A DNA stretch of 32,000 nt from Corynebacterium amycolatum (GTDB lineage Bacteria; Actinomycetota; Actinomycetes; Mycobacteriales; Mycobacteriaceae), in the NCBI RefSeq assembly GCF_049243625.1, contig NZ_CP046975.1; one strand, 5' to 3'. Below, in pieces: positions 1 through 10,250 of the stretch (its first letter is position 1; every line of letters begins with the position of its first letter). Both the position numbers and the translations under genes were made by a program. A model generated the notes under the pieces. It was given only the letters and a program-made list of their open reading frames with translations, searched no databases and had not been told where the DNA came from.

Positions 1-1
1 G

Positions 2-313
2 GACGGTACAGCCCGACCCGAATATGAAAATAGCCACCGTGTGGCGGTGGCGACGTCCCCGATGGACCCCATTCGTATTCCTGCCGAACTGGGGATTCAT
101 GGGAAAAACCCGGCGGATAAAGACTTCGGCGCATACACACTCAACCTGAGTGAGCGTGGCCTGTCCATGCGAGACTTGGCCGAATTCATGGTCACTCCCG
201 TGCAGGATATTCCTCAAAAGTATCGGCACGTTCAGGGCAACCCACACATCGAACACTACTTTGACGATGAAGTTTTCACCCGCGAGACCAACCGGTGGCT
301 AACTGATAGCTGA
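2..313 (+). CDS. C-terminal part of an unidentified protein (ORF open to the left window edge)
   Basis: Frame 2 is open from nt 2 (DGTARPEYENSHRV...) to TGA 311-313. The tracked 41..313 ORF is only its GTG-initiated tail. No motif I recognise. Confidence 0.45.
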   Translation, partial: DGTARPEYENSHRVAVATSPMDPIRIPAELGIHGKNPADKDFGAYTLNLSERGLSMRDLAEFMVTPVQDIPQKYRHVQGNPHIEHYFDDEVFTRETNRWLTDS

Positions 314-364
314 CCGGCATCTCAGATCAACAGTTGCTTATCCGCGGCCCAAATTAACAAGCCA

Positions 365-402
365 AGAGAAAACGGACTAAGCAGCCGACGCTGCTTAGTC
401 CG
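365..402 (-). terminator. Rho-independent terminator of the dnaK-hspR operon (hairpin may also stop the + strand ORF)
   Basis: Perfect 12-bp stem CGGACTAAGCAG (373-384) / CTGCTTAGTCCG (391-402) with a 6-nt loop. On the minus strand it is followed by TTTTCTCT (372-365), 6 nt after the hspR stop. Confidence 0.75.
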
Positions 403-407
403 TTCAA

Positions 408-830
408 TCACCCGTGTGGGTTATCCTCCCCAACACGATCACCTCTGCGCCCGCGCCGCGTGCGCGGCTCCCACATCACCACGGCCGTAGAGCGTGGGAC
501 GTGAACCAGTTCGCCACGCGAGCGGCGAGCCTGTGCCTTTGCCTGGTAGAGCTGCTCTCTCAGTTCTGCATTTTCCTGCTCAAGCGAATCCACCCTCTCA
601 GTCAGGTCGATGATGGCCTTAATACCGGCCAGGTTGACGCCGTCTTCCTGACTCAGACGCTGAATCTCACGCAGCAGCGCCACATCGCGTTTAGTGTAGC
701 GCCGACCTCCGCCGGAGGTGCGCTGCGGAGTTACTAACCCGAGTCGGTCATAATTACGCAGCGTTTGCGCATGCATGCCGGCGAGATTCGCAGCTACGGA
801 AATGACATAGACCTCAGTGTTGTCGGACAT
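408..830 (-). CDS. hspR: HspR, MerR-family heat-shock repressor
   Basis: MerR-type HTH (VYVISVAANLAGMHAQTLRNYDRLGLVTPQRTSGGGRRY). Last gene of the dnaK operon. ATG 830-828 overlaps the dnaJ TAA (832-830) by 1 nt. The upstream start at 848 would lie inside dnaJ. Confidence 0.9.
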   Translation of the reverse strand: MSDNTEVYVISVAANLAGMHAQTLRNYDRLGLVTPQRTSGGGRRYTKRDVALLREIQRLSQEDGVNLAGIKAIIDLTERVDSLEQENAELREQLYQAKAQARRSRGELVHVPRSTAVVMWEPRTRRGRRGDRVGEDNPHG

Positions 831-2026
831 TACTTCGCACCTGCCCAACCCTCACGAGGATTGAACCCGCTAGCACGCTCCGCTTCGACGTAGGAGCGCA
901 ATGTCGAAGTGGCATTGTCATCCAAATTGGTCGGTACCTTCACGCGCACGGTCACTAGCAGATCACCCGGAGTGCCATTGCGCTTTGGGATACCCCGACC
1001 GCGCACACGCAGTGTTCGGCCATCGGCTGTGCCAGCCGGCACACGCACGCGAATCTTGTCACCCAACGTCGGCACAGTAATGGTGCCGCCGAGTGCGAGT
1101 TCGCCGAAGCTCACCGGCACCGTGACCTCAAGGTCATTGCCGCTGCGGGTGAAGACTTCATCCGGGCGAACATGAACGGTGACAAAGAGGTCACCGGCCG
1201 GACGCCCTCGCAGTCCCGCTTCACCTTGGCCAGCAAGACGAACCTTCTGGCCGTCCACCACCCCTGCGGGGACGCGAACGGTGATGGTACGACGGCGGGT
1301 GGTCACACCGGTGCCGTTACACTGCGAGCAGGGATTCTCAATGCGAGTGCCCTGGCCACCACAGTCCGCACACGGACTGGAGAAGCCGAAGGCCCCCTTT
1401 TGCTCCTTGACATACCCCGAACCGTGACAGGTCGTACACGTCACCGGCGAGGTTCCCGGCGCTGCACCCGAACCATTGCAGTTCGTGCATGGCGACGGGT
1501 TGGTGAGCTGCAGCGGGATGGTGACACCTTGGGCGGCCTCGCGGAAATCGAGCGTAATCTCTGTCTCCACATCCGCACCACGGCGGGCCTTCTGCCGCCC
1601 GGCAGCACCAGCGCCACCATTGCGGTTTACGAAGCCGCCCAGGAAATCACCTAGGCCACCTGCACCACCAGCATTGCCACCGAATCCGGCACCTCCGCCG
1701 AAGAGATCCGACACGTCGAAGTCGAATCCACGTCCACCGGCAGCACCGGCTCCGCCGGCACCTGCGGCACCGGGGAATCGGAAACCACCTGCGAGCGCTG
1801 CACGCAGCTCATCGTATTCGCGGCGCTTGTCCTCGTCACCGACCACCGAGTATGCCTCGGAGATTCGCTTGAACTTATCTTCAGCAGCCTTGTTGCCCGG
1901 GTTCTTATCCGGGTGGTTCTCCCGGGCTAACTTGCGGTAGGCCTTTTTAATCTCGTCGAGTGACGCAGACTTAGAGACGCCCAAGTCAGCGTAATAGTCC
2001 TTATCTGCCCATTCCCGTTGAGTCAT
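830..2026 (-). CDS. dnaJ: Chaperone DnaJ (Hsp40)
   Basis: J-domain HPD (ENHPDKNP), Gly/Phe-rich linker, four CxxCxGxG zinc motifs ([32 protein letters not shown]). GGAGGAG RBS upstream of ATG 2026. Confidence 0.95.
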   Translation of the reverse strand: MTQREWADKDYYADLGVSKSASLDEIKKAYRKLARENHPDKNPGNKAAEDKFKRISEAYSVVGDEDKRREYDELRAALAGGFRFPGAAGAGGAGAAGGRGFDFDVSDLFGGGAGFGGNAGGAGGLGDFLGGFVNRNGGAGAAGRQKARRGADVETEITLDFREAAQGVTIPLQLTNPSPCTNCNGSGAAPGTSPVTCTTCHGSGYVKEQKGAFGFSSPCADCGGQGTRIENPCSQCNGTGVTTRRRTITVRVPAGVVDGQKVRLAGQGEAGLRGRPAGDLFVTVHVRPDEVFTRSGNDLEVTVPVSFGELALGGTITVPTLGDKIRVRVPAGTADGRTLRVRGRGIPKRNGTPGDLLVTVRVKVPTNLDDNATSTLRSYVEAERASGFNPREGWAGAK

Positions 2027-2085
2027 GGTGCATCTCCTCCTTTCAAAAAACTAATTCAAAGAAATCTGCGTCACTTGTGTCTCCG

Positions 2086-2673
2086 CTACTGCGGATCGCC
2101 GATGATTACCATCGCCGTACGGATGACACGGTCATTAATGCGGTAGCCCTTGCGCAGCACATTGGCTAGAACCTTGTCATCCCCCTCGGAGAGATCCTGG
2201 ACAGCCTCGTGGATGTCCGGGTCGAATTCCTCTCCTGCAGCACCAAACTCCTCAACACCCTGTGCGGTCAGCACGCCGCGGAACTTATCCGCGAAAGCCT
2301 TCAGCGGGGTGCCGTCTGCCAAGTCGCCGTGCTCTTCAGCCCGGTCGAGGTCATCAGCCAAAACCAGCAGTTCTCCAGCCAGCTTTGCCTTTGCCTGTAC
2401 GCGCTCGGCCTCACGGTCTCGGTCAACTCGACGACGGTAGTTTGCGAACTCCGCCGACAGGCGCTGCAGGTCCTCCGTACGCTCATCCAACTCACGCTGG
2501 ATGGCTGCGACTGGGTCTGCAGCTTCCTCCGCGGCGGTGTCGCTGGCGGCATTTTCGGTCGCCGGCTCCACGTCGTCGTCAAGCTTGGCCTGCTCGAAGA
2601 CCTCGTTGACCTGATCGGCCAGGTTGGCCGGCTCCTCCGGGGTGGGCTGGTTTCCCTGATCCTGGTCAGTCAT
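2086..2673 (-). CDS. grpE: Nucleotide exchange factor GrpE
   Basis: Acidic N-terminus, coiled-coil region ([18 protein letters not shown]) and C-terminal beta domain ([14 protein letters not shown]). Starts 2 nt after the dnaK stop. Confidence 0.93.
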   Translation of the reverse strand: MTDQDQGNQPTPEEPANLADQVNEVFEQAKLDDDVEPATENAASDTAAEEAADPVAAIQRELDERTEDLQRLSAEFANYRRRVDRDREAERVQAKAKLAGELLVLADDLDRAEEHGDLADGTPLKAFADKFRGVLTAQGVEEFGAAGEEFDPDIHEAVQDLSEGDDKVLANVLRKGYRINDRVIRTAMVIIGDPQ

Positions 2674-2675
2674 TC

Positions 2676-4517
2676 TTACTTGTCCTTCTCATCCTCGTCG
2701 ACGACCTCAGCGTCAACGACGTTGTCGTCAGCGTCAGCGGCCTCAGCACCCTCGGCTGCGGTTGCACCCTCAGCTGCCTGAGCCTCGTAGATAGCCTTAC
2801 CCATCTCCTGGCTCTCAGTGGACAGCTTCTCGACGGCGGACTTGATGGCCTCGATGTCGGAGCCCTTCAGAGCCTCGTCGACTTCCTTGGCAGCCTCTTC
2901 AACGCGGTCGCGGATGTCCTGGGAGACCTTGTCCTCGTTCTCCGATGCGAACTTGCGGGTCTGGTAAGCCATGGACTCAGCCGAGTTGCGGACTTCCTGC
3001 TCCTCGCGGCGCTTCTTGTCCTCGTCAGCGTGCTTCTCAGCGTCCTTGATCATCTGGTCGATCTCCTCCTTGGAGAGGCCGGAGCCGTCCTGGATGGTAA
3101 TCGTGTTTTCCTTACCAGTGCCCTTGTCCTTAGCGGTGACGTGGACAATGCCGTTGGCGTCGATGTCGAAGGTGACCTCAATCTGCGGGACACCACGCGG
3201 TGCCGGAGCGATTCCGCCCAGCTCGAAAGAGCCCAGCAGCTTGTTGGCAGCAGCCATCTCACGCTCACCCTGGAAGACCTGAATCTGAACGCTCGGCTGG
3301 TTGTCTTCAGCAGTGGTGAAGGTCTCCGAACGCTTGGTCGGGATAGTGGTGTTGCGCTCGATCAGCTTGGTCATGACACCGCCCTTGGTCTCAATACCCA
3401 GCGACAGCGGGGTAACGTCGAGCAGCAGCACGTCCTTGACCTCACCGCGCAGAACGCCGGCCTGCAGAGCAGCACCAACTGCGACAACCTCGTCCGGGTT
3501 AACGCCCTTGTTCGGCTCACGACCACCGGTCAGTTCCTTGACCAGCTCAGAGACTGCCGGCATACGGGTGGAGCCACCGACCAGCACAACGTGGTCAATG
3601 TCGGAAACCGCAACATCAGCATCAGCAATGACCTGCTGGAACGGCTTACGAGTGCGGTCAAGCAAATCGGAGGTGATGCGCTGGAACTCAGTACGGGACA
3701 GGGTCTCGTCCAGGAACAGCGGGTTCTTGTCAGCATCAACGGTGATGTACGGCAGGTTGATAGATGCCTGCTGCGAGGAGGACAGCTCAATCTTGGCCTT
3801 CTCAGCAGCCTCGCGCAGACGCTGCAGAGCCATCTTGTCCTTGGTCAGGTCAATGCCGTTGCTGGACTGGAACTTCTCAACCAACCAGTCAACGATGCGC
3901 TGATCCCAGTCATCGCCACCGAGCTTGTTGTCACCAGCAGTTGCGCGAACCTCAACAACACCATCGCCAATCTCCAGCAGGGAGACGTCGAAGGTACCGC
4001 CACCGAGGTCGAAGACCAGAATGGTCTGCTCCTTGTCGGACTTCTCCAGACCGTAAGCGAGTGCAGCAGCAGTCGGCTCATTAACAATGCGCAGGACGTT
4101 CAGGCCAGCAATCTGACCTGCTTCCTTGGTTGCCTGACGCTCAGCGTCGTTGAAGTAAGCCGGAACGGTAATAACCGCATCAGTGACGTCATCACCCAGG
4201 TAAGACTCAGCGTCGCGCTTCAGCTTCATCAGCGTACGAGCGGAAATCTCCTGCGGAGTGTACTTCTTGTCATCAATCTCGATGTTCCAGTCAGTACCCA
4301 TATGGCGCTTGACCGAACGAATAGTGCGATCAACGTTGGTGACAGCCTGGTTCTTAGCGGACTGGCCAACCAGGACCTCACCATTCTTTGCAAATGCAAC
4401 CACCGACGGAGTGGTGCGCGAACCCTCAGCGTTCGCAATCACCTGAGCCTCGCCGCCCTCGAGGACGGAGACACAGGAGTTCGTCGTACCCAAGTCAATA
4501 CCAACAGCGCGTCCCAT
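2676..4517 (-). CDS. dnaK: Chaperone DnaK (Hsp70)
   Basis: Hsp70 signatures [31 protein letters not shown]. Start taken at ATG 4517 ([10 protein letters not shown]...), not the ORF-track start at 4526. Confidence 0.97.
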   Translation of the reverse strand: MGRAVGIDLGTTNSCVSVLEGGEAQVIANAEGSRTTPSVVAFAKNGEVLVGQSAKNQAVTNVDRTIRSVKRHMGTDWNIEIDDKKYTPQEISARTLMKLKRDAESYLGDDVTDAVITVPAYFNDAERQATKEAGQIAGLNVLRIVNEPTAAALAYGLEKSDKEQTILVFDLGGGTFDVSLLEIGDGVVEVRATAGDNKLGGDDWDQRIVDWLVEKFQSSNGIDLTKDKMALQRLREAAEKAKIELSSSQQASINLPYITVDADKNPLFLDETLSRTEFQRITSDLLDRTRKPFQQVIADADVAVSDIDHVVLVGGSTRMPAVSELVKELTGGREPNKGVNPDEVVAVGAALQAGVLRGEVKDVLLLDVTPLSLGIETKGGVMTKLIERNTTIPTKRSETFTTAEDNQPSVQIQVFQGEREMAAANKLLGSFELGGIAPAPRGVPQIEVTFDIDANGIVHVTAKDKGTGKENTITIQDGSGLSKEEIDQMIKDAEKHADEDKKRREEQEVRNSAESMAYQTRKFASENEDKVSQDIRDRVEEAAKEVDEALKGSDIEAIKSAVEKLSTESQEMGKAIYEAQAAEGATAAEGAEAADADDNVVDAEVVDEDEKDK

Positions 4518-4552
4518 GATGAACACCTTTCTAGAAGAGTAAAAGAATTGCC

Positions 4553-4573
4553 CTTAAGTCTTACGCGCTCAAG
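4553..4573. promoter_or_regulatory. HAIR-like operator (HspR-associated inverted repeat), proximal copy
   Basis: CTTAAGT-N7-GCTCAAG compared with the HAIR consensus CTTGAGT-N7-ACTCAAG. Lies 36-56 nt upstream of the dnaK start. Confidence 0.65.
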
Positions 4574-4605
4574 TCTGCATTGCCGTAGAAAATCTGTCAA
4601 GCAAA

Positions 4606-4626
4606 CTTGAGTGTGTCCGACTCAAT
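4606..4626. promoter_or_regulatory. HAIR operator (HspR-associated inverted repeat), distal copy
   Basis: CTTGAGT-GTGTCCG-ACTCAAT, one mismatch to the consensus. Lies 89-109 nt upstream of dnaK. Confidence 0.85.
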
Positions 4627-5033
4627 GTTTGTCATGCTATGCAACGGACTATGGGGCAAAGTTATTCCCACCCGACTCAACTTTCCTAGAATAATTCGCA
4701 TTAATGCAGGTCAGCGCGATAAAAAATTTTTTCAAACCATGTCCGAAAATCATCCACGGTGTCTGACAGCAAAAATTTTCCATGCAAAATCCCACCTCTG
4801 GCCTCCAGGGGGGGGAATTCCTTAGCACTAGCCCTGGGAACTTTCCTGCAAAGCGAACCGACTAATCCCCTGACGTGTTTTGCGGCCACCGGCTCATCAA
4901 CAGGCCATGTCGTTGTTAACCCCATGGCCTGACACCGAATCAGCTCTGGCGGCTCCACTAATACATGTCCAACTTCTCCCCACCTACGGGGCGATTGAGC
5001 CAAGAATTCATCCCACTTATTCAGGAGTTTTTC

Positions 5034-5765
5034 GTGCCTCAGAATGCACAGCGACACCATTTCCCCTTTTCCCGTGGGCTCGCAGTAGCGTCGGCAAGCG
5101 CCGCACTAACCCTCACCTTCCCCGCCATTGCATCCGCACACGTGCATGCAACCCCGTCGTCTGCCCCGATTGGCGGCTACACGGATCTAGCTTTCGGGGT
5201 CGGTCATGGCTGCGACGGTTCGCCGACGACGAAGGTCGAGTTCACCATCCCGGAGGAGTTCGAAAAGGTCACGCCGAACATGAACGCGAACTGGGATGTC
5301 ACGAAGGAGTCGACTGGTTCCGATGAAAATGAAAAGGTGCAGAAGGTCATCTACACCGCAAAGACGCCACTGCCGTCCGACCTGAAGGATTCACTGACAC
5401 TCAGCGTGAAGGTGGCTGATGACGCGAAGCCGTCGACGGTTGAGGTGCCAACGCTGCAGACCTGTGAAAAGGGGTCGATGAACTGGGCCGAAAAGGATCA
5501 CGATAGCGATTACCCAGTTCCAACCGTGGAGCTGATTGAGAAGTCTGCAGACGATGAACATAGCCACGGTCACGACCACAGCCACAACCATGGCACCAGC
5601 GAAACAGACCACGGCGATAACCACTCGGACGACGTAGAGCATTCCGCAGCTGCCACCAGCGAAGATTCGAGCAACACGCTTGGCGGCTGGGGCCTGGGAC
5701 TCGGCCTTGTGGGCGCGCTCACCGGCATTGCCGCATTGGTGATTTCACTGCGCAAGCGAGGTTAA
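5034..5765 (+). CDS. ycnI: YcnI / DUF1775 family secreted, membrane-anchored (copper-binding type) protein with His-rich linker
   Basis: Signal peptide ending AIASA followed by HVHATP (the mature N-terminal His typical of YcnI/DUF1775). His-rich stretch DDEHSHGHDHSHNHG..DHGDNHSDDVEHS and a C-terminal TM helix. AGGAG at 5023-5027 sits 6 nt before GTG 5034, whereas the ORF-track start at 4965 has no RBS. Confidence 0.8.
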   Translation: MPQNAQRHHFPFSRGLAVASASAALTLTFPAIASAHVHATPSSAPIGGYTDLAFGVGHGCDGSPTTKVEFTIPEEFEKVTPNMNANWDVTKESTGSDENEKVQKVIYTAKTPLPSDLKDSLTLSVKVADDAKPSTVEVPTLQTCEKGSMNWAEKDHDSDYPVPTVELIEKSADDEHSHGHDHSHNHGTSETDHGDNHSDDVEHSAAATSEDSSNTLGGWGLGLGLVGALTGIAALVISLRKRG

Positions 5766-5771
5766 GACCAC

Positions 5772-5799
5772 AGGCGGATTGCCACTCGGGAATCCGCCT
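5772..5799 (+). terminator. Stem-loop downstream of ycnI (no clear U-tract)
   Basis: AGGCGGATT (5772-5780) / AATCCGCCT (5791-5799) with a 10-nt loop, 7 nt after the stop. Confidence 0.5.
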
Positions 5800-6152
5800 T
5801 CACCGCGGCGCTGCCGTCCATGCCTTCACAGAGCTTACCCCATGCGAGCACATAGAGCCAGCCGATCTTGACCATGCACGCCGGAGGATAATCCGTACTG
5901 TCGGCTCGTCATTTCGGTCAACGTAGTGAACGGACAAAGCAAAGCCCTCTGCAATGACGGCTGAATCACGCGTCTAGGCTCGGATTGAGTTAGGCGATGC
6001 TTTATGGCGTTTCGATAACCGCTCGAAAGCGCCCCCGCACACATAAATATAAAAGCCGAACTAGCACTTCAGATGAACGTAGAAAACTGGATGCCGATAA
6101 GGCTGGAACAGCCCCCCCCCCAAAAAAAGTGATACCTCAAGGCAGTGGGAGA

Positions 6153-6917
6153 TTATGCCGGCAAAACTGCAAAAACTCGAGCAGGGAAGCCTGTCCCATC
6201 CTTTGGCTTCGGCCAGGATGCAACGACGAGAGCCCCTGTTTCTGGCACCTGGTCGAGTCCTGCCAGCAGCTCAATCTGCCAGCGGTCACGCCCTAATAGA
6301 TAGAGCTCCGTCGGCAAGCTTCCACCGTGAGCCACGATGCCAGGGTCCGTATCAGTGGTCTCATGCCCAATCGCCACAATGCCACGGTTGTCTATCAACC
6401 ATTCGACAACCTCAACGTTCCATCCTGGATAATGGGTCACACCCTCTTCATCCGCATTGGCCATTGCCTCAGCGTCAGGCCATCGCTTTGACCAATCACT
6501 GCGAAATGCGACGAACGCACCGTCCGGGATAGAGCCATTGCGCTCCTCCCACGCTTCCACATCAGCAATCGAAGGAGAGAAATCATTATCCCGAGCGACT
6601 TCAGTAGTGAAATCTAGGACGACCAAAGGCAGAATCATCTGCTCGACGCCAATATTGTCAAGAGTTCTCGTCTCTTGGACGAAATGCACAGGCGGATCCA
6701 CATGCGTACCTCACTGGCCAACAAATTGGTATTGGTCGATTTCAAATCCATGCTCAGCAACGGTGAAAAGCCGTGTTCGCTGTTCGTCGGGAAGCGCCGG
6801 GAATTTCGGCTGACCGGCGTGAAACGCGTGCGTCAAATCAACATAGGTGTGGTTTTCCCGAAGCTTGCGAGCAATGTTCCATAGTTCGTGCGTATTTGCG
6901 ATGTTCTCGTTTGACAT
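6153..6917 (-). pseudogene. Cyclase-family protein (kynurenine-formamidase-like fold) interrupted by an in-frame TGA
   Basis: ORFs 6711..7043 and 6153..6701 are the same frame. The sequence reads ...YQFVGQ-TGA-GTHVDPPVHF, so the stop (6713-6711) lies inside the conserved GTHxDxPxH metal motif. The plausible start is ATG 6917 (MSNENIANTHELW). Confidence 0.8.
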
Positions 6918-7164
6918 AAGGCAAAGTATATAGACAAAGCTGTCTAGTTGGCCAACATAACTACCGACACATCGAGCACCAAAAGACACCAACTCGCCCC
7001 ACACGGCATCCATCAGCCCAAACAGCCTGACGACACCCGCCACCCCAGGTACCCTCGCACACAGGAAAGACTTTTCAATCCGCAGCCAAATTCTTCAGAT
7101 TATGAAGTGCTGGGCTACGCATCCGGCTTTCACCAAAAATTAAGCCATCACGAAGGAGCATTTG

Positions 7165-7941
7165 ATGACCACCTACGAAAACATCCTTACCGAAACCCGC
7201 GGTCGCGTCGGCATTATTACCCTGAACCGCCCGAAGGCGCTGAACGCCCTCAATCACAAGACCATGGAAGAGATCGGCGCAGCAGCCACCGCTTTCGACA
7301 GCGATGCAGGCATTGGCGCGATTATCATCACCGGCTCCGAGAAGGCGTTTGCCGCAGGTGCGGACATTAAGGAGATGGCGGACAAGTCCGGAACCGAGAT
7401 GTACATCTCCGATTGGTTCGCACGTTGGGATGTTCTGACTTCCGTCCGCACTCCAGTTATCGCCGCCGTTAACGGCTACGCCCTGGGCGGTGGCTGCGAG
7501 GTCGCCATGATGGCGGACTTCATCATCGCTGGCGCTAAAGCCAAGTTCGGTCAGCCTGAGGTTAACCTCGGCATCTCTCCGGGTATGGGCGGCTCGCAGC
7601 GCCTCACCCGCGCAATTGGCAAGGCTAAGGCAATGGAGATGTGTCTCACCGGCCGTATGATGGGTGCCGAAGAAGCTGAGTGCGCAGGTCTGGTCGCCCG
7701 CGTCGTCGAGCCGGAGGCGCTTCTCGACGAGGCCCTGAAGGTCGCCGACACCATTGCGTCGAAGTCGCTGGTTGCCACTACCCAGATTAAGGAACAGATT
7801 AACCAGGCCTACGAAATGACGCTGTCGCAGGGACTGCTCTTTGAGCGTCGCACCTTCCACTCCCTATTCTCCTCCAATGACCAGAAGGAAGGCATGGCCG
7901 CTTTCACCGAAAAGCGTGAGGCAAACTTCACTAATTCCTAA
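7165..7941 (+). CDS. echA: Enoyl-CoA hydratase (crotonase family, EchA8-like)
   Basis: Crotonase motifs [56 protein letters not shown] at 7153-7158 sits 6 nt before ATG 7165. Confidence 0.92.
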   Translation: MTTYENILTETRGRVGIITLNRPKALNALNHKTMEEIGAAATAFDSDAGIGAIIITGSEKAFAAGADIKEMADKSGTEMYISDWFARWDVLTSVRTPVIAAVNGYALGGGCEVAMMADFIIAGAKAKFGQPEVNLGISPGMGGSQRLTRAIGKAKAMEMCLTGRMMGAEEAECAGLVARVVEPEALLDEALKVADTIASKSLVATTQIKEQINQAYEMTLSQGLLFERRTFHSLFSSNDQKEGMAAFTEKREANFTNS

Positions 7942-8044
7942 GAGTGCGCGGGGGCGCAGGCGTGTGCGTGCAGGAGGTGCGGGGTGCGGGGCGTGTGCGC
8001 GGTAAATGTCGGCGCGAACGCCCACCAGCGCACCACACGCACGT

Positions 8045-8110
8045 TTTTGCCAGCTTTTTGTAGGAAGTAGCGCCGAATTCGCGGTTACTTCCTGCAAAAA
8101 GCTGGCAAAA
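8045..8110. repeat. 66-bp near-perfect palindrome between convergent genes (possible bidirectional terminator or REP/MITE-like element)
   Basis: 33-nt arms pair around a central GAATTC (8075-8080). 29 of 33 positions are Watson-Crick, 2 are G-T and 2 are mismatched. The outer ends are TTTTGCCAGCTTTTT / AAAAAGCTGGCAAAA. Confidence 0.85.
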
Positions 8111-8200
8111 CATTTCAAGGGGGGGGGAGGCAAGGCCGCACCGGGGCCAAGACCGCCCAGGGAGGGGCCGACGCTGACCGCCGACCTCCCGCCTACCGCC

Positions 8201-9933
8201 CTACCCCTTCAGACCGGGGAAGTCAGTGTCCGCGTACTCGGTCGAGGCCTTGGACTCGCCGCCACCACTGGCGCGGATCTCACCTTCGCGTTTACGCAGG
8301 TCAACACCGCGAATTTTGCCGGACACCGTCTTCGGCAGTTCGTAGAACTCAAGGCGGCGAATCCTCTTGTACGGCGCCAGATTGTCGTGGCAGTACTTGA
8401 GGATCGACTCCGCCACCTCAGCGGACGGCTCGGCGGACGCCACCAACGCAACATATGCCTTAGGCACTGCCAGACGAATCGGGTCCGGCGACGGCACTAC
8501 CGCCACCTCCGCCACCAAGGGATGCTCGATCACCACGGATTCGAGCTCAAACGGCGACAATCGATAGTCCGACGCCTTGAAGACGTCGTCGGCACGCCCA
8601 ATGTAGGAGATGTACCCGTCGGCGTCGCGCTCGGCGATATCGCCCGAGTGGTAGTAGCCATCGGCGAAGACTTCGTCATTCTTCTCCGGCGCTCCGTAGT
8701 AACCCGGCGTGAGGCCCACGGGCCGGGGGCGAGGTTCAGGCAGATCTCGCCGGTGTCTCCGATTTCGCCGGTCGCGGGGTCAATCAGAACCACATCCATG
8801 CCTGGCAGCGGGCGACCCATCGACCCCGGCTTGACCTTCTGGCCCGGCGTGTTGGCAATCTGAACGCTGGATTCCGTCTGCCCGAAACCATCGCGAATGG
8901 AGGTCTTCCACGCCTGCTCCACAATGTTGATGAGCTCAGGATTCAGCGGCTCACCTGCAGCAACGAGCTTCTTCGGCGGGGTCTTGAGCCGGGTCAGGTC
9001 CGCCTGTACCAGCATTCGCCACACGGTCGGCGGGGCGCAGAAGCTGGTGACGCCCTCCTCGGCCATCTTGTCCATGAGCGCGGCGGCGTCGAAACGCGTG
9101 TAGTTGTACAGGAAGATTGTCGCCCCCGCAATCCACGGCGCGAAGAAGTTCGACCAGGCGTGCTTCGCCCAGCCGGGCGCGGCTACGTTGAGGTGCACAT
9201 CGCCGGGCTCCAGGCCAATCCAGTACATGGTGGACAGGTGCCCCACTGAGTAGGAGGTGTGCGCGTGTTCGACAAGCTTCGCCTTGGATGTCGTGCCGGA
9301 GGTGAAGTACAGCAGCAGCGTATCGTCGGCCGCGGTCTCCTGCTGCGAGGTGAAGCCCTCCGGTGCGGTGTGCGATTCACGGTAGAAGACGGTCGGGTGC
9401 GCGCCTTGCGCCGGCTTCGCTTCCGAGCCGACCTGAATGACGGTGATGTCTGCGTCGACGCCGTCGAACTTCGTGGCATCGTCCGGGTTGACCACCACCC
9501 AGCGCACCTCGGCGCGCTCCACGCGATCTTGCAGGTCCGCTGTGCCGAGCATTGCGGTCGCAGGGTTGAGCACCAGCCCCGCCTTGATGCAGGCGAGCAT
9601 TGATTCCCAGAGTTCGACCTGGTTGTTCAGCATCAACATGACGCAGTCGCCACGGCGGGCGCCGAGCCCGAGCAGCCAGTTCGCCAGCTGGTCGGAGCGC
9701 CGTGACAGTTCCGCGAAGGTGCGCCGAGTAGCACCGCCGTCGATTTCGGTGATAACCAACGCTTCCTTGTCCGCAGTCGCGGGGTCGGCGCCGAGATGGT
9801 CGAACCAGTCAAGCGCGAAGTTGAAGTGGCTAAAGCGGGGCCACTCGAAGTTTGCTCGGGCGCTTTCGTAGTCCTCCCGGTGCTTAACTAGCAGGTCTCG
9901 GGCGGCGCGGAATTGCTCGGTTACCGTTGTCAT
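8201..9933 (-). pseudogene. AMP-forming medium-chain acyl-CoA synthetase, frameshifted
   Basis: N-terminal ORF (start ATG 9933, AAGGAA RBS) has YFTSGTTSKAKLV and loses frame after GEICLNLAP. ORF 8201..8719 continues with GLTPGYYG...GDIAERDADGYISYIGRADD...PKTVSGKIR. One extra C in the C5 run (G5 on + strand, 8725-8729) restores ...NLAPRPVGLTPGYY. Confidence 0.85.
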
Positions 9934-10250
9934 CCTGGGATTCCTTAACTGTGGTGCGACAGGTGATTTCCAGGGCCGTATCCGGCGGCGCCACGCCTCA
10001 TCGCGACACCAAGAACTAGCCAAATATGACCCAGCTCTCATTTTCATGCTAGCCGTTCATTTCTTCGCCAAAACCATCTATCGACCGCAATTTCCCCCGC
10101 TTGTCGACGCCCCCAACATCTCGGCCGCCAGGCGACCAAAGGGGCAACTGTACGATTACGTGCTAAAACGTACACTCGGCCACCAACGCACGTCGCCACC
10201 GCCGACACCCCGAAGAGCCCTCGAATTTTCATTTTTGGGGGGGTAAACAA

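Noticed and set aside
3030-4610. 526-aa ORF on the + strand, plus several shorter ones, overlapping dnaK
   Set aside because: It is antisense to an unambiguous Hsp70 gene. The translation is low-complexity (L/V/R/S-rich) with no motif. This is a typical shadow ORF of GC-rich DNA.
5800-6152. About 350-nt gap with ORFs 5835..6044 (-) and 5997..6296 (+); possible gene remnant or sRNA
   Set aside because: I found no RBS, no recognisable protein motif in any frame, and no promoter/terminator pair. Only the C10A7 tract is noteworthy, and it is reported separately.
7945-8000. G-rich stretch (GGGGG..GGGG..GGGG) as a possible G-quadruplex
   Set aside because: It has only three runs of three or more G. 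The fourth would have to be a GG, so it does not meet the usual four-run criterion.
8006-8863. 285-aa + strand ORF starting in the echA / acyl-CoA synthetase intergenic region
   Set aside because: It runs through the 66-bp palindrome and the G9 tract and then lies antisense to the acyl-CoA synthetase C-terminal domain. It has no RBS or motif.
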